From an uncultured bacterium (GTDB lineage: Bacteria; Hydrothermota; Tepidihabitantia; Tepidihabitantales; Tepidihabitantaceae): a DNA stretch of 46,344 nucleotides. Under the pieces are notes generated by a model. It was not told the origin of the DNA, made no database searches, and saw only the letters and a list, made by a program, of their open reading frames with translations. Positions 27,199 through 36,794 of this stretch are shown piece by piece. The stretch covers positions 1 through 46,344 of the forward strand of contig CAZAKP010000002.1 of assembly GCA_964485845.1 (NCBI GenBank), given 5' to 3'. The position numbers and the translations under genes are program-made. Every line of letters starts with the position of its first letter. Position 1 is the stretch's first letter.

Positions 27199-27853
27199 GC
27201 CCACCTCCCTGGATGGTTCTTACAGGAGACGCAGCGGGCGTTCGCCACGTTCCCCGTGCTACGTTATCTTCGCCTCGCAACGTCCAGCCGATGCAACTAC
27301 TGTGCCCGACACGGGGGCTTCTCTTCGCTGTGGCCTCACGGAGTTCGGCTCGGTTTGATTGGCCGAGCTCGCGACAGCCGGACCGGCCGCGACCGCTTAT
27401 GGGGTATACTACATTCCCCCGCGCCCGCCAGTTCTTCTCCTAACTCCTCTATCCTCAATCCGCTATCTTCTCTCCTCGCCCGAACCCCTCCTATGCCTCC
27501 CCCACAGCTATCCTCGTTATTTCCGAACTCACGACCCGAGGAGTCTCTCGATGAACGACGGGAGCTACTTCGTCAGCTATTTCCGCCGCCATTTCGTTCG
27601 TTACCTCGCGAGCAACGACGACTGCTCCTTCTCCTGTTCCTTAGCGAGTAACACAGACGGATACAGACCGAGGTCCCTCGCGAGTTCCGGTCTAGTATCC
27701 TGATCGGGTTCCCATCCAGGATGCTCTGCGAGTAACTTCGTGACGAACGGCCAGAGCCATCATGGGGAATCCGCAGAGCGCTGCCTTTCCGGACCTCCCA
27801 CCCCTGGCAGGTTCGACGCAGTGCCAGTCCCGGGCGAGTTTAGAGAATTGGAG

Positions 27854-28189
27854 CTAAGTGTGGCGGGCGCGTGCTGCAATCGCGAAGGCGTCGAAGTAGC
27901 TGCGCCACAGGTCCGGCGACGAGCCGAAGTTGTTGTCGCCACAGAAGTAGTCGGCAAGGGCCTCACGCACGCGGGCAATTTCCTTGCGCCTGCCGCGACT
28001 GCGAGAATCCGCCAGGGTGAGGTCAAGTAACTCCAGCGCTCGTTCGAACGCTCTCAGGCAGTAGCCGGTATCGCCACGTCGCTGCCAGTTCAAAGCCCGT
28101 GACACTTCACTGCCGACATTGCCCATTTGCTCGGCGAGGCTGAGTGTGAACCACCGGCCGGCAGCAAGTTCCTTGTGGTGGTAGCTCAT
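27854..28189 (-). CDS. Hypothetical 111-aa protein, translationally coupled to the upstream 145-aa gene
   Basis: The protein begins MSYHHKELAAGRWFTLSLAEQMGNVGSEVSRAL. Its start overlaps the upstream gene's stop in an ATGA quartet. Confidence 0.4.
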   Translation of the reverse strand: MSYHHKELAAGRWFTLSLAEQMGNVGSEVSRALNWQRRGDTGYCLRAFERALELLDLTLADSRSRGRRKEIARVREALADYFCGDNNFGSSPDLWRSYFDAFAIAARARHT

Positions 28190-28623
28190 CGCTTCACCAG
28201 CCGTTCGACGGTCTCGACAATCTGCATGCGGACTGAAGCATCGTCTACGCCGCGGCTCCGGTTGCCCTGAGAGGGCCGGATATTTATCATGGAGTCGAAC
28301 TCGATCCAATTGTCGCCGCTCTGTTCGGGGTAGAGGTTAATGCCCCACAGGTACTGCTGGTTTGACCCGTCGTCCAGCAGCAGCGCTTCCTCGTCGGAGT
28401 GCAGTTCGCCGCCGACGGCCATGACTCCGCGCTCGATATCCACCACTGCTTTCACCAGGTCGCCAAACCCCGCCTTGGCGAGGGCGTCAAGGTCGGCCAA
28501 AGGCATCCGCTCTCGAATTATGGTCAACGCGGTGAGTCTAGCCTCGGTGCCGTACCGTTCAAGTCGGACGGAATGAGGGGTACAGGCACGGTTTTCGTCG
28601 GCCGAAAGCAGTGCCACTCCCAA
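28186..28623 (-). CDS. Hypothetical 145-aa protein (upstream member of the two-gene cassette)
   Basis: The protein reads MPLADLDALAKAGFGDLVKAVVDIERGVMAVGGELHSDEEALLLDDGSNQQYLWGINLYPEQ. The ORF-track start (TTG 28623) lies inside the oxidase terminator, so an internal start is likely. Confidence 0.4.
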   Translation of the reverse strand: MGVALLSADENRACTPHSVRLERYGTEARLTALTIIRERMPLADLDALAKAGFGDLVKAVVDIERGVMAVGGELHSDEEALLLDDGSNQQYLWGINLYPEQSGDNWIEFDSMINIRPSQGNRSRGVDDASVRMQIVETVERLVKR

Positions 28624-28658
28624 ATGAAAAGGGACGGGCCGAGGCCCGTCCCTGTTTT
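28621..28658 (-). terminator. Rho-independent terminator of the second oxidase, same stem as at 14135
   Basis: GGGACGGGC cgag GCCCGTCCC has T-rich flanks on both strands. Confidence 0.6.
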
Positions 28659-28672
28659 AGGAGGCGCGAACG

Positions 28673-30652
28673 CTAGCGAACCAGCGTAGCTCTAACCGTC
28701 TGTGAGTTCCTGGGCGTCTCCAGCTTGTAGAAGTACGTACCGGAGGCGACCTGAGAGCCGGTGTTGTCGGTCCCGTCCCAGACCGTTGAATGGAGGCCAC
28801 GATTGACAGCTCCATGGACCAGCGACTTGACTTCCTGGCCGAGCGAGTTGTAGACGCTCAGTTTGACGTGCTGCTCGATACCTGCGCTGTAGGCGATGCT
28901 GGCGCGGCCCCGGAAGGGCTCTGGCCCGCTCACGCTCAAGGCCGGCTCGACCGGCTCAAGCCCGGCAGCCATCATGCCGCCGCCTGGAGTCTGGTTGGGC
29001 AGGACGACCTGGTACGGCCGCATCATGTCGTTCTCTTCATGGGCGAGGATGTGGCAGTGGTAGACGTACTTGCCAAGCATGTTGAACTTGCTGGTTATGA
29101 TGCTCGTAACCATCCCGGGCGGACAGTTATACATGTCGTGGTTTCCTTCTTCCCAGGGGTCGGGCGGAACGGGCTGGTCCAGTAACACGAGCGTGTGGTC
29201 CAGCAGGAAGCGGTCGACGTCGAACTTCTGGCGGTTGATAATCTGGGCGTTCACCAGGTGCGTGTGCATCGGGTGCTCGTCCACCGTCGTGTTGATGAAC
29301 CGCCAGACCTCGGTGCAGTTGTAGGTCGGGAAGTCGGTGATGGGGGCCATGAAGTGCATGTCGTTGAGCATCACCATCATCGGGTTGCCCATCATGTCCT
29401 CCATCTCGTGCAGGAAGATGTCGCGGGTAAAGCAGGACTGCGCCGGGTTGTAGGTCGGCACATTGCCCGGGTGCATCGGAATCGTCGAATTGTCGACAAC
29501 CTGCGTATCCTTGACGCAGAACATGAAGAGCTCGGGAAGCGGGGTGTCGTCGGGGCCGCCGAAGCCATCGTAGGTACCGTCGAACGGTGCCGGCGCGTTG
29601 TTGGTCACGATGAAGCACTTACCCTGCTGGCCGGTGAAGTCGATGATGAGGTCGCGGCGGTCGCCCGGGCCGACGAGCAGTCGCGGCGAGTTGGTGACGT
29701 TCGGGTCGTTGAACTTGTAGGTGTTGTTCACGAGGCCCTGTTCGGTGCCGATCATGTAGATGGCCGGGCCGGGCGCGGAGTCGGGCGCTATGTAGCCTTC
29801 GTGGGTGGACTCGATGAGCTTCATCGACAGGAAGCGGTCATCGCACCCATTAAGGAACCGAATTCGGTACTTCCGCGGTTCGACGTCCTGCATCGGCCAT
29901 ATCTTGCCGTTGACGAGTGATACGTCGCCGAAGAACTCCGGTACCCACTCCGACGGGTAGTAGAGCTGACCATCCTCGGTAAACACCCGGTCCTGTGCGG
30001 CGATGCCGAGTTCGTACGGTCCCGCCGGCAGGTTCAGCCTCTTCTCGCGCGGGTCGGTGATGAGATAGAACCCCGCGAGCCCGGCATACGCGTTCAGCCG
30101 CGTGATGCCACAGGAGTGGTCGTGATACCAGAGTGTCGCTCCGGGCTGGGTGTTAGGATATTTGAAGACGGTCTCCTGTCCGGGGTAAATGAAGTCCATG
30201 CACCAGCCATCCGACGAGGCCTCGATGTCGGCAGCGCCGTGCAGGTGCGACACGAACCGCGATGACTGATTCCAGCCCGTGCCCATCATGACGTCAATCA
30301 TCGTATCGACATGGAACATGTGGCTGTCCGGCAGCTCGTTGATGTATCTCACAGCGATGGGCTGTGAATATGTCGCCACGAAAGTCGGCCCGGGGGTGAT
30401 GCCGTCGAACGTGAACACGTTGGTCGGGCCGAGGTCGCGGTGCATCTGCTGCGTGGCCGCCTTTATATGGACTTCGTACAACGGTCGCCCGTTGTAGCGG
30501 CCCACCGGCTGGCGAACCGGTGGCTGCGGCAGGGGGTCAACGTACTTGGTCAGCGTGGTCGGGTCCAGCAGCGGCTGAGCGACTGCCGGCGTCACGCTGA
30601 AGAGGACGATGGGCAGGAGCACTACCCATGCGAGTACTGCGGTCTTTTTCAC
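28673..30652 (-). CDS. Multicopper oxidase paralog (CotA/CueO-like) with a T9SS-type C-terminal domain
   Basis: The copper ligand motifs are HLHGAADIEASSDGW, WYHDHSCGITRLN, HPMHTHLVNAQI and HCHILAHEENDMM. A Met-rich segment reads HEMEDMMGNPMMVMLNDMHFM. The tail reads GTYFYKLETP ... VRATLVR. The start is GTG 30652 with RBS AAGGAGAG. Confidence 0.85.
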   Translation of the reverse strand: MKKTAVLAWVVLLPIVLFSVTPAVAQPLLDPTTLTKYVDPLPQPPVRQPVGRYNGRPLYEVHIKAATQQMHRDLGPTNVFTFDGITPGPTFVATYSQPIAVRYINELPDSHMFHVDTMIDVMMGTGWNQSSRFVSHLHGAADIEASSDGWCMDFIYPGQETVFKYPNTQPGATLWYHDHSCGITRLNAYAGLAGFYLITDPREKRLNLPAGPYELGIAAQDRVFTEDGQLYYPSEWVPEFFGDVSLVNGKIWPMQDVEPRKYRIRFLNGCDDRFLSMKLIESTHEGYIAPDSAPGPAIYMIGTEQGLVNNTYKFNDPNVTNSPRLLVGPGDRRDLIIDFTGQQGKCFIVTNNAPAPFDGTYDGFGGPDDTPLPELFMFCVKDTQVVDNSTIPMHPGNVPTYNPAQSCFTRDIFLHEMEDMMGNPMMVMLNDMHFMAPITDFPTYNCTEVWRFINTTVDEHPMHTHLVNAQIINRQKFDVDRFLLDHTLVLLDQPVPPDPWEEGNHDMYNCPPGMVTSIITSKFNMLGKYVYHCHILAHEENDMMRPYQVVLPNQTPGGGMMAAGLEPVEPALSVSGPEPFRGRASIAYSAGIEQHVKLSVYNSLGQEVKSLVHGAVNRGLHSTVWDGTDNTGSQVASGTYFYKLETPRNSQTVRATLVR

Positions 30653-30950
30653 TGTTTCTCTCCTTGTTGTGCGGTCTTGGTTGCGGCTGCATTCTCCGTC
30701 CCTCCCCGTGACCGTACTCTGGGACCGCCTCTTTTCGTCCCACGCGTCAACAGCCGGCCAGCGCCCCGGTGCAGCATCCGGTCCGCGCTTCGGTTCCTCG
30801 GGCGTACGCGAAGACTTCTGCAGGTCTCGTGCCCACCGACTAGCACTAAGCCTGCGCCCACCGGGCGCCGGGACAAGCAGCCACCTTGGCCGTTACAATG
30901 CACGCACGTGTAACCCCGCGTGTTCCGCGAACTGAACCCAACCGGGCGCG

Positions 30951-31853
30951 ATGAAGGTCTACCTAACCGTGAAGATTGATGCCAAGCCCTCGGCCGCGAA
31001 AGCGCATCGAGCGCCACAGGAAGTAGCGACCGCTCCCCACGCAATCTGGACCGGCACCGTCAGTTTCGGCTCCATCGCGTTTCCGGTAAGGCTGCGTCCG
31101 GCGGTGCGCGAACGGCGGGTTCAGTTCAACCTGCTCCATAAGTCCGACCTTGTCAGGCTGAAACGACAAATGGTCTGTTCGCTCGAAGGCGCGCCCGTTC
31201 CGCCCGAAGACCAGGCCCGTGGCTTCGAATTGGAGGGAGGCAGGTACATCCTGGTCGACCCGGCCGAATTGGAGAAGGCGGAGCCGGAAGCAAGCCGGGC
31301 GATAGCGGTACACGAGTTCGTGGGCGTTGCCGAAATCGACCCGGTGTATTTTGAACGGGGATACTATCTTGAGCCGGCGGAGGATGCAGGGAAAACGGGC
31401 GACAGTCCCCCGGCGCGCCTGCTCCGGACTCAGCGCGGGTCAGTCTCCGTTTTCCCGGAACTGGCGGCGGTGCTGGAAGAGGAGCGCCTCGCGGGCATCT
31501 GCACGTGGGTGATGCGCAAGCGGGCTTACGTCGGCGCGATTCTGTCGGCCGGCGGCGTGCTGCGGCTGAACGTCATTCGCCATCCGGGCGAGGTCATCAA
31601 GGTAGCAAGGCCGGCGGCCGGTTCGGCGCTGTCGGACCGCGAGCTTGCGGTCGGCAGCGAACTCATCAACCAGATGACCGGGAAATTCCAGCCGGAGAAG
31701 TTCACGAACAGCCACCAGCAACGGCTGCGGCAGCTCATCGAGCGCAAGGCGCACGGGCAGAAGATTCGCCTCGTCACGCCGAAGCGCCGCGCTGCCACCG
31801 AGCCGGATAAGCTGCTTTCCGTCCTCGAAGCCAGTCTGAGGAAAGTGGCATGA
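30951..31853 (+). CDS. ku: Ku protein (NHEJ DNA-end-binding), copy 1
   Basis: IWTGTVSFGSIAFPVRL ... ERGYYLEP ... is present. There is a ~30-aa N-terminal extension before the conserved IW.G.ISFG motif. Confidence 0.8.
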   Translation: MKVYLTVKIDAKPSAAKAHRAPQEVATAPHAIWTGTVSFGSIAFPVRLRPAVRERRVQFNLLHKSDLVRLKRQMVCSLEGAPVPPEDQARGFELEGGRYILVDPAELEKAEPEASRAIAVHEFVGVAEIDPVYFERGYYLEPAEDAGKTGDSPPARLLRTQRGSVSVFPELAAVLEEERLAGICTWVMRKRAYVGAILSAGGVLRLNVIRHPGEVIKVARPAAGSALSDRELAVGSELINQMTGKFQPEKFTNSHQQRLRQLIERKAHGQKIRLVTPKRRAATEPDKLLSVLEASLRKVA

Positions 31854-32731
31854 GGAAAGTAAAAAGGACGAAGGACAAAGGACGAAGTCCGGACCGGCGG
31901 ACGGCTCTACCGGCGAAGGTCACGGGCGCGTTTCGACCGACCAGCGACACGAGCCCGGAAGTCTGGCGCGGGACAATCAGCTTCAGTCTTGTCGCCATCC
32001 CGGTCCGGCTGGTTGAGGCAATATCGCCCGACCGGGTTTCCTTCCGGCTGCTGCATCGGAAAGACTACGCGCCGCTCGTGAGCCGGATGCTCTGCCCGAA
32101 CGAAGGGAAGATAGTTCCGAGCGAGGAGATTGTCCGGGGATTTGAGTATAAGCCGGGAAGCTACATCCCGATGACCGCGGCCGAGCTGGAGTCGGTCACC
32201 CCGGAGCGCAGCCGCACCATCGAGGTCACCGACTTCGTTCCCGCCGCGGATGTCGATACGGTCTACTTCGACTACCAGTATTACCTCCAGCCGATGAAGG
32301 GCGGAGAGAAGCCGTATCGCCTGCTGGTCGAGGTGCTGAAGCGCGCCGGGAAAGCCGGCGTCGCGAGCCTCGTGCTGGCCGAACGCGAATACCCGGCGCT
32401 CATCCGGAGCGTGAACGGGCTCCTGGCCGTGAATACGCTGCACTACCCGGACGAAATAGCACCCGTAACAGGGGTAAACACGGAGACGCGGGGACACGCA
32501 GACGCGGAGAAGGAGCGCATCAGGCGGGCGGTGCGGAAGATGGCTGCGAAGTTCGAACCCGATAAGTACGCGGACGAGCGGCGGGCGAAGATCGTGGCGC
32601 TCTTGAAGCGGAAGCTGGCGGGCGAATCGCTGGTGCAGGCGCCCGAGACCGAGGAGACACAAGGCCGGGCGGGTTCGGACCTTGAGGAGCTGCTCGAGGC
32701 CAGCATCGCCAAGGGCGGGAAGAAGGCGTGA
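31850..32731 (+). CDS. ku: Ku protein, copy 2 (tandem paralog) with a Lys/Arg-rich N-terminal extension
   Basis: VWRGTISFSLVAIPVRL ... DYQYYLQP is present. The N-terminus reads MRKVKRTKDKGRSPDRR. An 8-nt repeat (gagacgcg gggacacg cagacgcg) lies at ~32470-32500. The ATGA overlaps the copy 1 stop. Confidence 0.8.
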   Translation: MRKVKRTKDKGRSPDRRTALPAKVTGAFRPTSDTSPEVWRGTISFSLVAIPVRLVEAISPDRVSFRLLHRKDYAPLVSRMLCPNEGKIVPSEEIVRGFEYKPGSYIPMTAAELESVTPERSRTIEVTDFVPAADVDTVYFDYQYYLQPMKGGEKPYRLLVEVLKRAGKAGVASLVLAEREYPALIRSVNGLLAVNTLHYPDEIAPVTGVNTETRGHADAEKERIRRAVRKMAAKFEPDKYADERRAKIVALLKRKLAGESLVQAPETEETQGRAGSDLEELLEASIAKGGKKA

Positions 32732-33675
32732 GCGCAAGGCCGAGGACCGCGGCGCGCCGGACGGCCAGGCGGCCGCAGCGCGAGACGTTTGCCCGGGTCG
32801 GCGGAATCGAGCTGCCGCTTACCAATCTCGAGAAGGACCTCTATCCTGCCTACGGTTTCACCAAAGCCCGGGTGCTCGACTACTATCGGCGGATTTCCAG
32901 GTTCATCCTTCCGCACCTGCGCGACCGGGCGCTGACCCTTAAGCGCTATCCCGACGGCACCGGCGGGCCTTTTTTCTTCGAGAAGCGCTGCCCCTCGTCC
33001 CGGCCGGGCTGGGTTCACCTCGCGAGCGTTCCCGCGCTCGACGGCCAGAGCATTACAGCCTGCGTCGTCAACGACCTCCGCACCCTGATGTGGGTGGAGA
33101 ATCTTGCCTCGATTGAACTCCACGTGCCGCTGGCGCGGGTCGACTCGCCGCACGCGCCGGACTCGCTCGTCTTCGACCTTGATCCCGGCCCGGGCGCGGG
33201 TATGGCCGAATGCTGCCGGGTCGCGCTCATCATCCGCCACATGCTCGAACGGCTGCGCGTGTCGTGCCTCGTCAAGACCTCCGGGATGAAAGGGCTTCAC
33301 GTCCTCGTTCCGCTGAACCGCCAGGAGGTGACGTTCGAGCGGACGCGCGACTTCTCGAAGGCGCTCGCCGCGCTGATACAGCGCGCCAATCCCGAACTCG
33401 TGACAACCCTCGTCGGGAAGGCGGAAAGGGAACGCAGGGTATTCATCAACTGGGCCCAGAACAGCTCGGCCAAGACAATGGTGGCCGTGTATTCGCTTCG
33501 CGCGCGCGAGGCGCCGGCCGTGTCCTGTCCGGTCACGTGGCCCGAGGTCGAAGGCGGAGCGGCGGGCCGCGCCAAACTCACCATCCTTCACACCGACGCC
33601 GTGCGCCGAGCGGAGAAGCTGGGCGACCTTTTCCAGGACGTACTGACGCGGCGCCAGGCCCTTCCCCACCTGTAG
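32728..33675 (+). CDS. Stand-alone LigD polymerase/primase (PolDom) domain protein
   Basis: LTNLEKDLYPAYGFTKARVLDYY ... LKRYPDG ... FFFEK ... FDLDPGPG ... KTSGMKGLHVLVPL ... VFINWAQNSSAKTMVAVYSLRAR is present. No ATP-ligase domain lies in the window. Confidence 0.8.
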   Translation: MSARPRTAARRTARRPQRETFARVGGIELPLTNLEKDLYPAYGFTKARVLDYYRRISRFILPHLRDRALTLKRYPDGTGGPFFFEKRCPSSRPGWVHLASVPALDGQSITACVVNDLRTLMWVENLASIELHVPLARVDSPHAPDSLVFDLDPGPGAGMAECCRVALIIRHMLERLRVSCLVKTSGMKGLHVLVPLNRQEVTFERTRDFSKALAALIQRANPELVTTLVGKAERERRVFINWAQNSSAKTMVAVYSLRAREAPAVSCPVTWPEVEGGAAGRAKLTILHTDAVRRAEKLGDLFQDVLTRRQALPHL

Positions 33676-33719
33676 CCGGCGCGGCCCCACGACCCGGGGC
33701 GATGGCCGTGGAAACCGAA

Positions 33720-33746
33720 GGGGCGGAGCCGGCGGCTCCGCCCCCT
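33720..33746. terminator. GC hairpin between convergent genes
   Basis: GGGGCGGAGCC ggc GGCTCCGCCCC. Confidence 0.45.
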
Positions 33747-33758
33747 GCCTTGCGCAGG

Positions 33759-36278
33759 CTACTGGATCTTTACTAGCTTCTGGTCGGCGGTGAACTCTTT
33801 TGATTCAAACCGCACAAAGTATGTACCGGCGGCAAGAGTCCTCCCGGTTGCGCTCCGGCCGTCCCAGCCAACGGTGTAGTGGCCGGGTTCGGCATCGTGC
33901 GCGACAAGCGTCCGGACCGCCCGGCCCTCGGCATCGTACACCCGTATTGCCAGTGATGTCTTCTTCGGGATGTCGTAGCTGACGCTTGTTACATCACTCA
34001 TTACCCCGGACCCCCCGACTTCCAGATGGAAGGCGTCGGGGTGGGCAATGGGATTGGGCTGGAGGTTGACCTGGCAGGCGGTCGAGAGGGCATACTGGCC
34101 GGTCGCTTTGTTATCGGCCCAGGTTACGATGGCGTAGTAGTCGTCAACCAGCGCGTGGAAGTGGATGTACTCGCCCTCGCCCGGGCCGTTCACGTCCGCA
34201 ACGGCCACCGCCTGGGAGCGGTCGACGTAGTACGGGGCGTCGGGTGACCGGAATATTGCCATTCCCAGATTGACGTTGCCGCCCGCGACCGACAGCGTAA
34301 AGCAGGTATCGGTGGCCGGGGTCGCGTGGTATTCACATACTCGAATGACGTCGTTGTCGTTCCATTGGTACGGCCCGTTGACCCGCTCGGCGTCGAGGGT
34401 GGTACCGCTCGTTGCCTGGGTGAACTCGACGGTGGCGGTGGTGGAATCGAAGTCGCGGAGCTTTACGCCCATCGTATCGAGCGGGCTGTGGTTTCCGTCG
34501 GAGACGCAGAAATCGGTCTGCGGGCCAGGCCGGTCATCGGCCGACCGGGCGCGCAGCGTCAGGAAGTTCGCGTCCCACAGGTCGAGCTGCCAGTTGCCGC
34601 CTGAGCGGATGCCAACGGCGTTCCAGTGCGGCCGGGTCTGGCCGAACTTGAGGAGCGTGTCCGATTTGACCTCGGCCGGGACGTCGTCGGCAAGGACCGT
34701 GGCCCGGTAGCGCAGCGGGTCGAACGAAAGGATGCCCATCGCCGTGCCCCAGTTCTGAACCTCGCGGCAGTACTCGCCGGCTATCCACGAAACGTTGTCC
34801 GCGTTGGGGTCGAGCGCGATGGATGTGACGCGGCCGAACGGGGCCGGGTCGCTCGTCCCGTACGACGCGAGGCCGGGTCTGAGAATGGCCGGGGCGGAAA
34901 GCGTCTCGCCTTCGTGCCAGCCGGCATAGCCCATGCCCGGGTAAATGTTCGGGCTTGAGACGTTGAACGCGAAGTAGGCATTGCCGCGTCCGTCAACGGC
35001 GACCGACGGGTTGAAGTAGCTCACGAGCCCGTTGCCAAGTGTCTTGTCCAGCCGGGTCGCGAAACCGGGTTGCGGCATACTGCCCGCGGTGTTTTCCAGC
35101 ACGAGATACCGGATGGCGGCCACGCCATCGCCGGTCCACCGGTAGGCTTCGTTGAAAGTGCAGTACAGCCTGCCGTTCGCGTACTCAAGCGACTGGAGCC
35201 GTGCCGGCCCGGTCGCAAGCCGGATGTCGGTGCCGGGCTGCGCCGCGTCCGGCGGTGCCTGGAAGTAGCGGATTTTAGCCGCGGGCAGCCGCTCCAGCGC
35301 CGGGGTGGTCGCGGTAGCGTGTACCTGCCATACCGTCACGTGTGAGCCGGAATCCGGCGCCACATCGGCCAGGTAGAAATCCGCGGCCCCGGCGGGTGCC
35401 CGCATGGGGCGAACGCTCGACGCGGGCCGGCCGTTCTCGTCCTTCAGTCCCCAGAAGTCGGCAAAGGACCGCAGCCTGCCCTCGTAGAGTTCGTGCTTGT
35501 CGAGCACCCGGACCCGGGCGTACTGATAGGCAGGGTCGTTCGGGGAGTAGAGGTTGGCGGTGAGGACGACGAATACGCTGTTATAGCCCAGCGCCTGGTC
35601 AGCGGCAATGCCGGCGGCGGACATGACACCGCCGCTGCTCGCATCCGTCTTCCATACGTACCATGAGCCCATGGCCGACGGCGCAAGCGATGCGGCAATC
35701 AGCCAGTACGATTCCACCGTCTGGTGGCCGGTGACTGCCGGGTTCAGGGCGAGGGCGGTGATTACCCAGCGTTGCTCCTTCATGTCAAAGAAGACCTGGG
35801 GCTGGTAGATGGCCGCCGGCGGGTTCACCGGGCGAAACAGGTCCCGCAGGGAACCGGCGGCGAGTTTGGCCCCGGACTTGTCGAAGACCGCCCAGGTCGA
35901 ATTGATGACTTCCACCACTTCGGAAAGGCCGGCGGCGATTGCCGGGTCGGGCGTGCCGAACTCGGTCTGGTCCAGGCCTTCGAGCCGTGATAGAACCGGC
36001 ACTCCGCCGGCATTGCTCGGCGGCGGCAGCTGGATGAGCGCGTTCGCGGTCGGGGCCACGGCCGGCGCTTGGGCCTTCAGTGCCCGAACAAGCGTCTGGT
36101 CCGGCATCGGCACCGGCGGCGGCATCGCCGTCACTCCAACGCCGCCGGTGGCCTGACTAAGCGAAACCACCGCGGGGCCCGCGACCACGGTGCCCTGAAC
36201 CGGTCCTTCGAAATCCGCGCCCAGTAGCGGCATGATCGCCGCGGCGACCGCAAGCGCGAGGGTGACTGCCCTGGTCAT
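33759..36278 (-). CDS. Large secreted protein with a T9SS-type C-terminal sorting domain, function unknown
   Basis: A signal peptide follows ATG 36278 (MTRAVTLALAVAAA), with RBS GGAGGT upstream. The C-terminal tail reads GTYFVRFESKEFTADQKLVKIQ. No catalytic motif was recognised. Confidence 0.6.
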   Translation of the reverse strand: MTRAVTLALAVAAAIMPLLGADFEGPVQGTVVAGPAVVSLSQATGGVGVTAMPPPVPMPDQTLVRALKAQAPAVAPTANALIQLPPPSNAGGVPVLSRLEGLDQTEFGTPDPAIAAGLSEVVEVINSTWAVFDKSGAKLAAGSLRDLFRPVNPPAAIYQPQVFFDMKEQRWVITALALNPAVTGHQTVESYWLIAASLAPSAMGSWYVWKTDASSGGVMSAAGIAADQALGYNSVFVVLTANLYSPNDPAYQYARVRVLDKHELYEGRLRSFADFWGLKDENGRPASSVRPMRAPAGAADFYLADVAPDSGSHVTVWQVHATATTPALERLPAAKIRYFQAPPDAAQPGTDIRLATGPARLQSLEYANGRLYCTFNEAYRWTGDGVAAIRYLVLENTAGSMPQPGFATRLDKTLGNGLVSYFNPSVAVDGRGNAYFAFNVSSPNIYPGMGYAGWHEGETLSAPAILRPGLASYGTSDPAPFGRVTSIALDPNADNVSWIAGEYCREVQNWGTAMGILSFDPLRYRATVLADDVPAEVKSDTLLKFGQTRPHWNAVGIRSGGNWQLDLWDANFLTLRARSADDRPGPQTDFCVSDGNHSPLDTMGVKLRDFDSTTATVEFTQATSGTTLDAERVNGPYQWNDNDVIRVCEYHATPATDTCFTLSVAGGNVNLGMAIFRSPDAPYYVDRSQAVAVADVNGPGEGEYIHFHALVDDYYAIVTWADNKATGQYALSTACQVNLQPNPIAHPDAFHLEVGGSGVMSDVTSVSYDIPKKTSLAIRVYDAEGRAVRTLVAHDAEPGHYTVGWDGRSATGRTLAAGTYFVRFESKEFTADQKLVKIQ

Positions 36279-36794
36279 AGTTACCTCCATCAGGCGACTC
36301 GGGCGTCAACCTGACGGCCGGCCGCCTCATTCAAAGCTCAACTCTCTCTCGACCGCGCCTTCGTGAACACGACCAACGGCGCCGAAAACGTCCGGCGCCG
36401 CGCTCACACGGTGGCTATGTGCATTATGCGTGCCGCTCAGTTCGCCGTGGTGGGAGGGAACTCAGTTCCAGTCTTGGCAATGAGCCGGTCAAGGCCCGAT
36501 GCTCGGCGCGTAACTCCCGAGGTTACATATTGCCCGGATTATACTTCGCCCGTTGCACACTTCAGCGGCAAGATTCCGGATTCCTGCCTCTGCCGTCCAT
36601 CTCTCCGACTTCCAACGCCTGCTTATGCCGTGCCTTGGTGCCTTGCATACCGGGCATGTTTCCTGCAAGCATTCGGCCATGCGTCCGCGCGCAGGCGCGG
36701 TTTGATTAAGGCACGGCCAGGTGGCGTACGGGGTATCCGACCAGGTTACGCGACATCGGGCCGACGTCCGGCAGTATTGGAGAAAGGAACTGCA

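Noticed and set aside
27600-27700. tmRNA-like tag-coding stretch (ASNDD ... LAS ...)
   Set aside because: No tRNA-like 5' or 3' ends, no T-arm and no terminal CCA context are present. The tag would be implausibly long.
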